Assembly (NCBI GenBank): GCA_963745235.1
Contig: CAVUXE010000010.1
Span: forward strand, 1-64,000
Direction of reading: 5' to 3'
From: an uncultured Spirochaetota bacterium
GTDB taxonomy: Bacteria > Spirochaetota > Spirochaetia > SZUA-6 > Fen-1364
Length of the DNA stretch: 64,000 nucleotides
Both the position numbers and the translations under genes were made by a program. Within the stretch, counting starts at the first letter, position 1; each line of letters starts with the position of its first letter. Shown piece by piece: positions 23,426 to 33,321 of the stretch. The notes beneath the pieces were generated by a model. That model made no database searches, was not told where the DNA came from, and saw only the letters and a list, made by a program, of their open reading frames with translations.

Positions 23426-23923
23426 TCAGGTATTGGAGGCAAAACGGTCAGTGGCGCCGAACAATCGGCGGTCGAGAGAAAGCCTGCGGGCCGGGAACGC
23501 CAGCATCAGGAATGTCGGGAGTCCCAGGCCGGTGTCGCGGAGCAAAGTCCAGGGGCCGACGGCGGATTGGGAGAGGGTCCCGAAACATCCGCAATCAAGG
23601 GTCAGTCCGCGAGCCAGCGCCTGCACCTGGGCTGCGAGGAAGATCACGAACAAGACGGTCCCCGCGAGCGCGGATGCCCTCACGAAGAGACCCACGGCAA
23701 GGTACAGTCCGAGAAAGATCTCAAAGAAAGGCAAAATGTACGCGAGTGGAGCGCCCAAAACGTGAGGGAGGAGCTGGTAGCGGTCAACCTGCGCGGCGAA
23801 TACGCCGAGGTCGGGAAGCTTGGAGGCCCCCGCGATGATCCAGACGGCCGCGCCAATCAAGCGGATGCCGAACCCGAGCCACGATAGAGTAACGTGACGA
23901 TAACTATCAGGAGCCTGCGGCAT
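23426..23923 (-). CDS. MauE/DoxX-family redox-associated membrane protein
   Basis: GASKL, LPFFEIFLG, DCGCFG, RDTGL, LSLD; start codon uncertain. Confidence 0.85.
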   Translation of the reverse strand: MPQAPDSYRHVTLSWLGFGIRLIGAAVWIIAGASKLPDLGVFAAQVDRYQLLPHVLGAPLAYILPFFEIFLGLYLAVGLFVRASALAGTVLFVIFLAAQVQALARGLTLDCGCFGTLSQSAVGPWTLLRDTGLGLPTFLMLAFPARRLSLDRRLFGATDRFASNT

Positions 23924-24713
23924 CCTTGAGCTTTTCAAGGAGAAGCGCGTCGGGCTGCTCGTGATCTGTCCGCCAGGATATCCGCCCCCTGGGATCAATG
24001 ACATAGAAGGTCGGGTAGATTGCCACCTTGTATTGCAGGGTCACGGGCCCGGTTGCCCCCTGGTGATAGAAGTTGCCCGGCCTGCTGCCGGGATCCAGGA
24101 GCGCGGGCGCGGCGATACCGTAGTATCGGTCGAAAGCAAGCATGCTCGCCGCGTCCTCGCTGTCCGCGTTTATCTGGAGCATCACGAACCGTGACTGGGG
24201 CAGTGATCCAAAGAGCCCCTTCAGGTGGGGCGCCTCCGCCTGACAGTGCGGGCACCAGGTCGCGAAAAACTCGAGGAGCACCGTCTTGCCCCTGAGCTCT
24301 GAGAGCCTGACCTTCTGCCCTGAAACAGTGGGCAGAACGAAGTCCGGGGCCACGTTGCCCACCGCGAGGAGACTGGGGTTGTCATAAGGGCGGACCGCTG
24401 ACACCGGCAGGCCCTCCACCCGGCCCACGCCCGGCTCGCTGGTCGGCTGGAAGTCGATCACCCCGTCAGCGGCTGACGCGGCCGCACCGGCCGGTGCGGC
24501 GCCTGGCTGGGCAGTGCCTGACTGTGACGAAGCCGGTTGCGGGCCCGCGGAGGCGACGACGGCTCGAGAGGATCCGTTGAGGACGCTGATTGCGAGCCCC
24601 GCCCCGGCGATTACCACTGCAAGCACAACAGTCCCAATGACGGCCATTCGCATGGTTCGTCGCCTGCCGGCCGTCTGGTTGTTCGCTGTCCGCGCGTCGA
24701 GGTTTTGACTCAT
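23907..24713 (-). CDS. Membrane-anchored TlpA/ResA-type thiol-disulfide oxidoreductase
   Basis: N-terminal TM, Ala/Pro linker, APDF, FFATWCPHC, YPTFYVID. Confidence 0.88.
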   Translation of the reverse strand: MSQNLDARTANNQTAGRRRTMRMAVIGTVVLAVVIAGAGLAISVLNGSSRAVVASAGPQPASSQSGTAQPGAAPAGAAASAADGVIDFQPTSEPGVGRVEGLPVSAVRPYDNPSLLAVGNVAPDFVLPTVSGQKVRLSELRGKTVLLEFFATWCPHCQAEAPHLKGLFGSLPQSRFVMLQINADSEDAASMLAFDRYYGIAAPALLDPGSRPGNFYHQGATGPVTLQYKVAIYPTFYVIDPRGRISWRTDHEQPDALLLEKLKDAAGS

Positions 24714-24851
24714 TCTGCTGCCTTGACCGGTTTGAAAATAGCGATTCCTGACCGGGCGGGCAAACGCCTCGAAAATTGCTTGACCCTCCCCTTACGGGAG
24801 GGCCCACAGTGGGCGCATCTCACATCTGGAGGTGCCATGCGGTGACGCTGA

Positions 24852-26210
24852 TCAGCATCCTGGTCGGTTAGCCGGACGCGTGAGCTTGTGAACGGTGTAG
24901 CTGGATTTCAAGCCCTTGAGGCTCGTGGTGAAAGGCTCACCGTTCCAGCTCTTGCGCGAAAGGTATGCCCGGGCGTCGCTCTCCCGGTAGAAAGCATCCG
25001 ATGCCATGACGTCCTTGCCGTCCGACAGGCCCTGTACGCGGGCCGCAATATTCACCGTGGTGCCGAAGTAGTCCAGCTTCTCGTTCAGAGTGACGGCAAT
25101 GCACGGACCATAGTGGACTCCGATCTTCACGATAATGGCGTTTCGAAGCTTCTTCGCCGTCTCCAGGTCTTCGAAAGCGTCGATCATCTCCACCGCGGAG
25201 CGCAGAGCGTCCGGCGGGTCCATGAAGACGGCCATCACGGCGTCTCCGATGGTCTTCACCACGGCGCCGTTGTTGGCGCGGACGATTCGCTCCATGATGT
25301 AGAAATGTTCCTTGACCAGGGAGAACGCCTCGGAATCCCCCAGCCGCTCGTACAGCTCTGTTGAGCCCTTGATGTCTGTAAAGAGGAAGGCAAGGCTTTC
25401 AATTGCGAAGGTCTCATCCAGAGAGAGCATCTGGGAAGAGAAAAGGTCCCGAAACTCCTGGAGGCTGGACACCAAGGCGGCGCTCGGCCATTGGGGAGTC
25501 GCCATTCGGGAAAAAACGAGCTCCTTCCTCGCGCCCGTGCTGTTCGTCAGAAGAAGCTCCGCCGTGCCTTCCTGCGCTTTCACGACGGTGAGAAGTCCCG
25601 CGCTGTCGCCATAGGAAAGGGTGAGCTTCTGAAGGGCGGATGACTTGCCATCAGAAACGGCGACATTGAACGCCTTCCTGTCGTCAGTCGCGACAAACAT
25701 GTAGTTCCCGGTTTTCAGGCTTGTTTTGAGGTAGTGGGTCTCCCCGGGATCAAGCTCGATAGTAATGCCCGGCTCGAGCTCGAAAGAGCCGGCGAACCTG
25801 GTGAAGTCGTCCATGTCGCCCGGCCTGATCACGGCGGGGTTGACGGAAAAGTTGACGGCCACGCTCCTGTCGAACCCCGCGGCAAAGTCGATCCTGCAGA
25901 ACGGGCAGCTGGAGCCATGCCGCAGGGAGGCAAGGGTCTGGGACTCCTGCGTCGCGCCCTTGCACGAAGGGCAGTGGACTGTCCAGTACAGATTGAAAAG
26001 GCCCTTCCTTGTAAGGTGCAGGAAGGCCTTGAGCGCAGCCACCCTGTCCACGCGCCACGCCGCCGCAAGCCGAAAGGGGTTCATGTTGACCAGCTGGGGG
26101 TCAGACGCGGACACCAGGAACTCACGAACATCAGCAAGGATTTTCCCCGGGACGACGTCCGCTGACTGGACGAGCTTGTCCTCCAGCGCGCTCTTGTTCA
26201 CGATGGCCAT
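24852..26210 (-). CDS. Class III adenylate/guanylate cyclase with N-terminal Zn-ribbon-containing (DUF5939-like) domain
   Basis: FTDIKGST, VKTIGDAVM, DYFGTTVNIAAR (K and D suggest ATP specificity). N-terminus has CPSC...CPFC. Confidence 0.88.
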   Translation of the reverse strand: MAIVNKSALEDKLVQSADVVPGKILADVREFLVSASDPQLVNMNPFRLAAAWRVDRVAALKAFLHLTRKGLFNLYWTVHCPSCKGATQESQTLASLRHGSSCPFCRIDFAAGFDRSVAVNFSVNPAVIRPGDMDDFTRFAGSFELEPGITIELDPGETHYLKTSLKTGNYMFVATDDRKAFNVAVSDGKSSALQKLTLSYGDSAGLLTVVKAQEGTAELLLTNSTGARKELVFSRMATPQWPSAALVSSLQEFRDLFSSQMLSLDETFAIESLAFLFTDIKGSTELYERLGDSEAFSLVKEHFYIMERIVRANNGAVVKTIGDAVMAVFMDPPDALRSAVEMIDAFEDLETAKKLRNAIIVKIGVHYGPCIAVTLNEKLDYFGTTVNIAARVQGLSDGKDVMASDAFYRESDARAYLSRKSWNGEPFTTSLKGLKSSYTVHKLTRPANRPGC

Positions 26211-26383
26211 GCATCCTCCTTCGTCAAACAGCCGTGGTGCCGTCTGGGGCCCACTGTAGTATGACGGATCAATACCATACTTGGGGACACGTCATGAAGA
26301 ATTGTGCCGCGGGTCGCGAACGTTGTTAAAGTTGCGGATGGCGCGGAAAATCGTTAGGATGTGTAGAACAGCTGGAGGGAAAT

Positions 26384-27367
26384 ATGAATTACAGGCTTCT
26401 GGGGAAAACCGGCATGAAGGTGTCCGAGGTCAGCTTCGGCACGTGGGCCATGGGCTCGGCGTGGGGTAAAGTCGACGACAAGGAGTCGATGGCCGCGCTC
26501 AACAAGGCGGTGGACCTGGGCGTCAACTTCTTCGACACCGCGGATGTCTACGGTGACGGCCACAGCGAACGGCTGCTGGGACAGCTGTTGAAGGACCGCT
26601 CGGAAACGATCTACGTGGCAACCAAGGCAGGTCGCAGGCTGCAGCCGCATACCGCGGAGAAATATACTCCGCTTGCCATCCGAAGGTTCGTGGAGGACAG
26701 CCTCAAGCGTCTCCGCGTGAGCGCCCTTGACCTCCTCCAGCTCCATTGCCCTCCCCGGGAGATCTACTACACGCCGGAGCTTTTCGCGAGCCTTGACGAC
26801 CTTGTGAAGGCCGGAAAGCTCAAGAACTACGGCGTGAGCGTTGAAAAGGTGGAAGAGGCCCTCAAGGCAATCGAATATCCGGGCGTCAAGACAGTCCAGA
26901 TCATCTTCAACATGTTCCGCCAGAGACCCGCGGAGCTGTTCTTCCGCGAGGCAAAAGCGCGCTGGATCGGCGTTCTTGCGCGCGTTCCGCTGGCCAGCGG
27001 GCTCCTCACGGGCAAGATGACGCGGGCAACGAGGTTCCAGGCGGATGACCACAGGAACTTCAACAGGAAGGGGCAGGCTTTTGACCGTGGAGAGACTTTC
27101 TCCGGCGTGGATTACGTGAAAGGCCTCCAGGCCGTGGAGGAGCTGAAGCAGATCCTTCCCCGGGGGATGACGATGAGCCAGTTTGCCCTTCGCTGGATCC
27201 TCATGCATGATGCGGTCACCTGCGTCATCCCGGGCGCCAAGACCCCGCCCCAAGTCGAAGAGAACGCCAAGGTGACTTCACTCCCGCGCCTGCCCCGCGG
27301 CGTCATGCGCCAGGTGGAGGAGATTTACAACAAATGCATCCGCGAAGATGTGCACTCGCGATGGTGA
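26384..27367 (+). CDS. Aldo/keto reductase
   Basis: FFDTADVYG, ATKAG, LLQLH, VPLASGLLTGK, VIPGAK. Confidence 0.93.
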   Translation: MNYRLLGKTGMKVSEVSFGTWAMGSAWGKVDDKESMAALNKAVDLGVNFFDTADVYGDGHSERLLGQLLKDRSETIYVATKAGRRLQPHTAEKYTPLAIRRFVEDSLKRLRVSALDLLQLHCPPREIYYTPELFASLDDLVKAGKLKNYGVSVEKVEEALKAIEYPGVKTVQIIFNMFRQRPAELFFREAKARWIGVLARVPLASGLLTGKMTRATRFQADDHRNFNRKGQAFDRGETFSGVDYVKGLQAVEELKQILPRGMTMSQFALRWILMHDAVTCVIPGAKTPPQVEENAKVTSLPRLPRGVMRQVEEIYNKCIREDVHSRW

Positions 27368-27377
27368 GGTGTACACT

Positions 27378-27851
27378 ATGAGCATGGGCCGCTTGCAGAT
27401 CGTGGCCGGCGCCGTCATAGCGACGGCGCTCCTGCTTCTTTCCTCATGCGCCTCCCTGCAGCATTCACGGGACCAGGGTGACGTGGAAATGGTTGCCGGG
27501 CTCATCAACGACGGCCAGGGACAGAAGCTGGCCGCTATGAGCGCCACGCCGTTTCTCGTGGACGGGGAAATCGTGCCCCTCAAGCCGGACGTGGCCTCTT
27601 TCTGGAACGGCATCGTGAAAGCCGGCTTCCGCGTGGAGGGCGCCACGCTGATGCAAGGGGCCCCGCTCACGGCGGACAGCTACAAGCAGTTCGCTGACAC
27701 AATGGAGGTGAAATCCTTCTTCGCCCAATACGTGAAGAAGGATGCGCGCATCCTTGAGCTGCGGACCGCGACCTCTGGCGACAGGATCCTCCTGATTTTC
27801 AGGGACAGCTGGGGCAGCAAGACGATGTACGGGTTCAAAGGACCGTTCTGA
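27378..27851 (+). CDS. Hypothetical lipoprotein
   Basis: GAGG RBS; hydrophobic leader with lipobox LLSSC; tightly spaced between the AKR and FecR genes. Confidence 0.7.
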   Translation: MSMGRLQIVAGAVIATALLLLSSCASLQHSRDQGDVEMVAGLINDGQGQKLAAMSATPFLVDGEIVPLKPDVASFWNGIVKAGFRVEGATLMQGAPLTADSYKQFADTMEVKSFFAQYVKKDARILELRTATSGDRILLIFRDSWGSKTMYGFKGPF

Positions 27852-27853
27852 GT

Positions 27854-28871
27854 ATGAAGCAGACTCTTCTTGTCGCAGGCCTGATCCTCATCCTTGCCAC
27901 CGCGGCGCAGGCGGTGCCCACGGATGTCACCTACACGGATGGTGATGCCACCACTCGCTACACGAGCGGCAAGCAGCAGGACACTGCCGTTGGTGACGTA
28001 TTGAACACGGGAGACTCCGTCAAGACGGGTGACGACGGCCAGGTCGAGATGGACCAGAAGGGCGTGACCATCAGGGTCAGCCACGGGACAGTCTTCACGC
28101 TGATGGAGAAGGAGCAGGACGGCCAGAAGGCCCCGGTTCTGTCGGTGGCGCTTGGCTCAATCAAGTTCCGCTACAACAAGCTCACCGGCCAGGAACCCCT
28201 GGTCCGCACGAACGCGGCGGTGCTCGGCGTGCGCGGTACCGAGTTCACGGTCTTTTCAGGGGCGGATGGCTCGACGCTGGTCGCCGTGGACTCCGGCCAG
28301 GTCACCGTTCAGGCTGAAGGCAAGTCCGTTGAGCTTGCTTCCGCGGAAGGCGTGGAGGTCGGCCTCGGCAAACCGCCGGGGGACAAGTTCGCATCGTCCA
28401 AGCGAGCGATCGACTACAGCAAATGGAACGACGACAAGCTGAACGAGATGCTTGCGGACCCTTTGGCAGCCATGCAAAGAATCGAGTGACATGATGGCAG
28501 GGTACATCAAAGATGTCACAGACTACGCTGCTCTATTCAAGAGCTACAGTGAGAAGCTGGCGCAAGAGAGAAGTCAGGTGGTCGAGATCTCAAAAGAGAA
28601 AGGAGCAGATGAAGCTCGAAAATACGATGATGAGAACGTCACGCCCCTGATGAACCAGACCTTCAATCTAGGTGTGAACATGCGCTTTTCTGCGCTTGCG
28701 GCTCTCTCTCTTCGCCGGTTCGTGGGCGGGCGACTCTACATTCTCCTGAAGGCACGCAACATCACTCATCCAAACGATAGTACGTATCAGGAGTTTCTCG
28801 GCAGGTTTGACGGCCTGCTTGCGGACTTTGAGAAATCGATAGTCCCATATCTCGTCAAGGCGGACATATGA
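27854..28871 (+). CDS. Secreted FecR-domain protein with helical C-terminus (frameshift at ~28486)
   Basis: Signal peptide, GDSVKTG, VLGVRGTEFTV, VDSGQV. Continues in another frame as SDMMAGYIKD...YLVKADI. Confidence 0.75.
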
Positions 28872-28895
28872 CGATCAGCAGGACGGAGGAGTAGG

Positions 28896-29340
28896 ATGAA
28901 GACCAGGCACATCGCGGGAATCCTGACGGCAGCGGCACTCATGGCCTGGACGCTTGCAAGCTGCAACTTGAACCCCGTGGTATCTATCGACCAGCGTATT
29001 TCTGATTTTCAATCAGACATTAAGCAACAACCCGGGCAATGCGTATCAATGATTTTGATCCGGACCAAACCACGGAGTACCAGACCCTGGCCTACGGCGG
29101 GTTGATACAGACCCTGTTCCCCGCTGGAAGCTACACGCTCGCAAGTAACCGACGAATCATCGCCATCTACGGGAGTTCTTGTTACAGTCACCAGTTAGCC
29201 CTCGTTGGGTTTACTCACAATGTACTTAAAGCTCGTTATGGCCACCTACAAGAGTACAGACTGGCGAATTGTGCAGCTCTTTATGTCGACTTCTACCAGC
29301 TTCGGCGGAACTCCGAGCATCTATTGATGCAGAATGGATT
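28896..29340 (+). pseudogene. Lipoprotein gene, multiply frameshifted
   Basis: GGAGGAG RBS, lipobox TLASC; coding-like sequence resumes in another frame (DFDPDQTTEYQTLAYGG). 3' end uncertain. Confidence 0.5.
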
Positions 29341-29359
29341 TCCAATAAAGAAATTTACA

Positions 29360-29870
29360 ATGAAGAAACCAATTCGCTGATCTACAAGTTGGCCATTGGT
29401 GCTTTTCTTGCTCTTCTGGTTCTGGGATGCAGCACAGCAGCCAACAGCGCTCCGTCCAAACCTGACGTCCAGCCCGCGTACGCCGCTATGGGGACGGCGT
29501 TCAGCGTTTCCTCGTCGGCAAAGGCGACTGCAACTATTCTCTATCTACAAGAGTGTTTTCTTCGGCACCATATGGTGGACCCTTGAAACTGGACAGTACC
29601 CGATGGTTGCTGTCCAATGTGAAGGACGAACACCGGATATGGTGTACGCGGAAGGCCGACGTGAAAATGCGGCTTGATCATCCAAGCGCTTATTTTCATC
29701 AAGCTTTTAGTCGTCAAAAGGCCAAGAGTGCGCTGTGGAGTGGTTTCGCGTCGGCCGAAACCATCGAGAGCAGGAATAAAGGCAAGTCAATCTGGGTTGG
29801 AGGTCATTTAACATCGACAACGGTTTGCTGGATTTTCGACAGTACTTGGAGCAATGATCCGACTTGATCT
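29360..29870 (+). pseudogene. Lipoprotein gene, multiply frameshifted (paralog of 31688 gene)
   Basis: MKK(T)NSLIYKLAIGAFLALLVLGCSTAANSAPSKPDVQPAY after restoring one base in an A run; VLGC lipobox. 3' end uncertain. Confidence 0.5.
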
Positions 29871-29972
29871 GGCCCTATTCCTTTGACGAGTTCGAGTCCT
29901 GTCTGCTTATGATCTATACAGCCTACTGCTCAACGCGTTGTAGTTGTGCGGGAGGCCGGGCGCCGCGGTGCG

Positions 29973-31523
29973 TCACTCGTAGTGCTTGAGGCGCGACCAG
30001 TCGAACGGAACCTTGAGCCCTTTTGCCACGACGATCGGCAGGTTGGTTTCATACGGCATTGCGTAAGGGCTGTCCTGCCAGGCTGCTACCGTCACTTCCC
30101 TGAATGATTTTCGCAGCTCTTCCGGATTGTCCGACAGGAGGATGACCACGCTGAGGTCATGACCCATTGGTCCCCACAGGTAATAGCTGTTGTGACCGCT
30201 GATTGCCGGCGGAAGGCCAAGGGGGCGTCCAAAAATGTCTATTGCCGCGGCTTCCCCATAGTTGCGGCCAAAGAACACCGCCTTTTCCTGCTCCTCAGGA
30301 GGAAGAGCTTTGTAGACTGCGGCAACTTTCTCAGCCAATTGCTTCCAGCCGAACATGTCCGCGAAGTACTGCGGCAGCACGCCCAACGTCATGTGCTCCG
30401 ATGCGCTCTCCGAGGGAGAGAGTTTCAGCGCTCTCGCGTACTGAATGAAAGCCGTGACAGGAAGAACGGGAACGATAAGCGGCACCAGAAGCAGGGAGAC
30501 CGCGGCCAGCACGGAGGTGTACGCAGCGCGCACTGCCGCGCTTCGTACTTTCCATTCAATCCAGACAGCGCCACCGGCAAAGAGCGTCGGGTAGATGGAG
30601 GACATGTAGTAGTCCTTCCCGTGAAGGGCCACGATAAGAGCGAGCATCGCGATGTACGCCACGGAAAACGCCCGATAGGCGGCAAACCGCGGTTTGATGC
30701 CAAAGCCCCACAGCCCGGCTAGCCAGACCGGAAGCGCCAGCGGTCCTGCCAGCAGCACTTCCCGCGCCAGGAGCGCAAGGGGAGAAAGGACGATGTTCTT
30801 CCCGCTTGCGCCATGCACCGCCAGCTCGATGAACGGCCAGCCGTGCTGGTACTGCCACAGGAGGTTTGGCGATATGATGGCAAGGGCCACCAGGACGCCC
30901 ACCCAGATCCATGGCCGCAGGAATGAACGACGGAGCGGGGTTACAAGGATGCCGATGAGAATCGCGGCAACGTACAGGCCGATCAAGTATTTGCCGAGAA
31001 AACTGATTCCGACGATGGCGCCGAAGGCAAGCCACCACTTCTCGTTCTTTGTCTGCACCAGGCGGACGATGCACCAGGAGCAGCCCAGCCACGTGAGCGG
31101 CTGCAGCACATCGGTGGTGAAAAGCGTTCCGTCCGCCAGCAGAATGCTGGATCCAAACGCGGAGAGGCCTGCCAGGGACTGCGCAAACCAGCCGCCTCCA
31201 AGGGCCCGGGCAAACTCCGCTGTAAGGGCAACTGTCACGGCCATCACGACCGCTGGGAACAACGTGAACACGAAGTTCGATCCGCCGGAAATGTCCCACA
31301 TGAATCGGGCCAGCAAAGGGATGAGAGGCGGCTGGTCAACGTATCCCCACGCCGGCCTCTGGCCGCACACGATGAAGTACAGCGCGTCCCGGAAGAACCC
31401 ATAGCGGCCGCCTGCCGCAAGGTGGACGGCCAGGGTTGCCAGCCCCAGGAAGATGGAAGGGCGGAGGAGCGACCTCCACGAAAAACCCTGGTGCTCAAGC
31501 TTCGTCAAATCTTGGGTACCCAT
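29973..31523 (-). CDS. GT-C fold membrane glycosyltransferase (ArnT/PMT_2, GT39-like)
   Basis: YGFFRDALYF, AWGYVDQPPL, GKY, PNLLWQ, NYGEAAAI, SGHNSYYLWG. Start placed at MGTQD. Confidence 0.85.
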   Translation of the reverse strand: MGTQDLTKLEHQGFSWRSLLRPSIFLGLATLAVHLAAGGRYGFFRDALYFIVCGQRPAWGYVDQPPLIPLLARFMWDISGGSNFVFTLFPAVVMAVTVALTAEFARALGGGWFAQSLAGLSAFGSSILLADGTLFTTDVLQPLTWLGCSWCIVRLVQTKNEKWWLAFGAIVGISFLGKYLIGLYVAAILIGILVTPLRRSFLRPWIWVGVLVALAIISPNLLWQYQHGWPFIELAVHGASGKNIVLSPLALLAREVLLAGPLALPVWLAGLWGFGIKPRFAAYRAFSVAYIAMLALIVALHGKDYYMSSIYPTLFAGGAVWIEWKVRSAAVRAAYTSVLAAVSLLLVPLIVPVLPVTAFIQYARALKLSPSESASEHMTLGVLPQYFADMFGWKQLAEKVAAVYKALPPEEQEKAVFFGRNYGEAAAIDIFGRPLGLPPAISGHNSYYLWGPMGHDLSVVILLSDNPEELRKSFREVTVAAWQDSPYAMPYETNLPIVVAKGLKVPFDWSRLKHYE

Positions 31524-32031
31524 AACAAGGTTGAACACCAAAAGCGGCAAATCAAGCCCCGCATGCGGAAAGAATGTACGCAGCCTTGCTCGACGCCAAA
31601 CCGGAAGACCGAAGTGAGGCATTGTCACCGCAAACGGCTATTCGTACGACATGAGCACGCTGTAGCAGGTCAAAGGAGAGAAAAGCAATGAGGGACCTGA
31701 TGCCATTGATCATCAGGTTCGCCATCATCGCGGTCGTGCCTCTTGCTGTTCTCGGATGTCCATCGACATCAAACCCGCCATCCGCCGCCGAGGTTACCAA
31801 AGCGTACTCGACCGTGTATGATGCTCAGGCTGGCGCACCGGCACCGACGTCGACTATCCGGGACTCTACAGTTCGTGAACTGGTACAATCCATCCACAGG
31901 ATACACGATCAACGGCACTCTCTCCGTCTCCGAAAGCGTTTCGGGCAATAGCAGTCCGATGGCGATATCAGCGGCGATAACCGGAATCTTGCTCTCTACA
32001 GTGAGCCGCCCTGCTTCGCTGGTACCGCTTA

Positions 32032-33321
32032 GGAAGTGTCAAACAATAACTGAACTAATTACTTGACTGTCTTCCTTGGATGAATCGTGTAGTTCCAGTC
32101 ACCATGGAAACGATGTCGCGTGAGATTCACTTCAAGAAGCTGCTCGTCGGAGACAGTCTGGCCGTCCGGATAAGGACCTGTGTCGAGCTCGCTACGAACA
32201 CGTAGACCCGTTACGGTTCTTGTTGAGGCGATCAGACTGACGATCACGGCCAAGCTTGTCAGAGGCTGCCCGCGCCAGTTGCTGCTGATGTACGAGAAGA
32301 GCCGGTGTTCAATCTTGTTCCACTTGCTCGTCCCCGGAGGAAAGTGGCAGACCGCGATCGAGAGCCCCGTGCGAGTGGCCAGTTGCTGCAATTCCCACTT
32401 CCACAGCCGAACACGTGAGCCGTTACTTCCTCCAGCATCCGCAGTGATGAGAAGAGATCTGGCGTGCGGGTATGCGGGTCGTCCCATCTTACGCCACCAG
32501 CGGCCGATGGTGCGGACTGCGAAACTCGCGGTGTCGTGGTCGATGCCCACACTGACCCACCCCGCGTTGCGTGTCAGGTCGTAGACTCCGTAGGGGATCG
32601 CCTTTCCTTTCTCGGGAATGATGAAGTCGTGAACCCGAACAACGTGGGGGCTCTTCTTCGGCCTCCACTGTTTCCCAGCGTTTTTGAAGTCTCCCACCAG
32701 CTCCTTCTTCTTCGTGTCTACGGAGATCACCGGCTGCTCCTCGGCTTGGAAAGCTCGAACCCGCCGATTGATGTAGCGAAACTGCCCGTCCCGATCGGGA
32801 TGGTTGGGTCCCTCGCGGCCCTTGCGATTGCTCTGCAGGCTGTAGCCTGCGGAGCATAACAACTCTGCCACCAACTGGTGGCTGGCGACATGCCCCATGC
32901 CACGAAGTGCCTCCGAGAGGGTCCTCACACTCCTGGATGTCCAGCGCAGAGGTGACTGTGGATCTCCAGAGACAGCGGGCTCGACCAAGTTCTCCAGGTC
33001 GTTCACCAGAGTCGGATCCTTCTGAAGTGTCTTCTTGCGCCCTCCCCCTGCCCGGCGAACTCGATCAGGCGGCGCAACTTCTTCTGATTCCAGATCCTTG
33101 AGGCCTCGCACAACCGTGGAGTATGAGATCCCCGTCGCGCGTGCCACGAGGGTAATACCTCCACGGCCCGCCTGGCGGGCTTCGGTGGCTGCCCAGATGC
33201 GCCGCGCGCGTTCACTGAGAACCGGAGCCAAGGCTTTGTACTTGGTCCTCAAAGGCTCGACATCCACATGCACATGATATACCACGTAGGCAATTTCGTC
33301 CAGTTATTTTCTGACGCTTCC
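32032..33321 (-). mobile_element. Complete ISAzo13-family insertion sequence (1290 bp)
   Basis: IRs GGAAGTGTCAAACAATAACTGAAC and GGAAGCGTCAGAAAATAACTGGAC (20/24 match). TTA duplicated at 32029-32031 and 33322-33324. Confidence 0.92.
32059..33285 (-). CDS. ISAzo13-family transposase
   Basis: GDPQSPLRWTS, ISVDTKKKELVG, VHDF, ITADAGGSN, PPGTSKWNKIEHRLFS, FHGDWNY. Confidence 0.95.
   Translation of the reverse strand: MVYHVHVDVEPLRTKYKALAPVLSERARRIWAATEARQAGRGGITLVARATGISYSTVVRGLKDLESEEVAPPDRVRRAGGGRKKTLQKDPTLVNDLENLVEPAVSGDPQSPLRWTSRSVRTLSEALRGMGHVASHQLVAELLCSAGYSLQSNRKGREGPNHPDRDGQFRYINRRVRAFQAEEQPVISVDTKKKELVGDFKNAGKQWRPKKSPHVVRVHDFIIPEKGKAIPYGVYDLTRNAGWVSVGIDHDTASFAVRTIGRWWRKMGRPAYPHARSLLITADAGGSNGSRVRLWKWELQQLATRTGLSIAVCHFPPGTSKWNKIEHRLFSYISSNWRGQPLTSLAVIVSLIASTRTVTGLRVRSELDTGPYPDGQTVSDEQLLEVNLTRHRFHGDWNYTIHPRKTVK

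Noticed and set aside
28480-28495. TGA ending the FecR ORF as possible selenocysteine or readthrough
   Set aside because: The continuation is in a different frame, with no redox motif or evident SECIS; a simple indel explains it.
29880-29910. GTTCGAGTCC T-loop-like motif suggesting a tRNA or att site
   Set aside because: The T-stem is imperfect and no acceptor, D or anticodon arms or CCA could be built.
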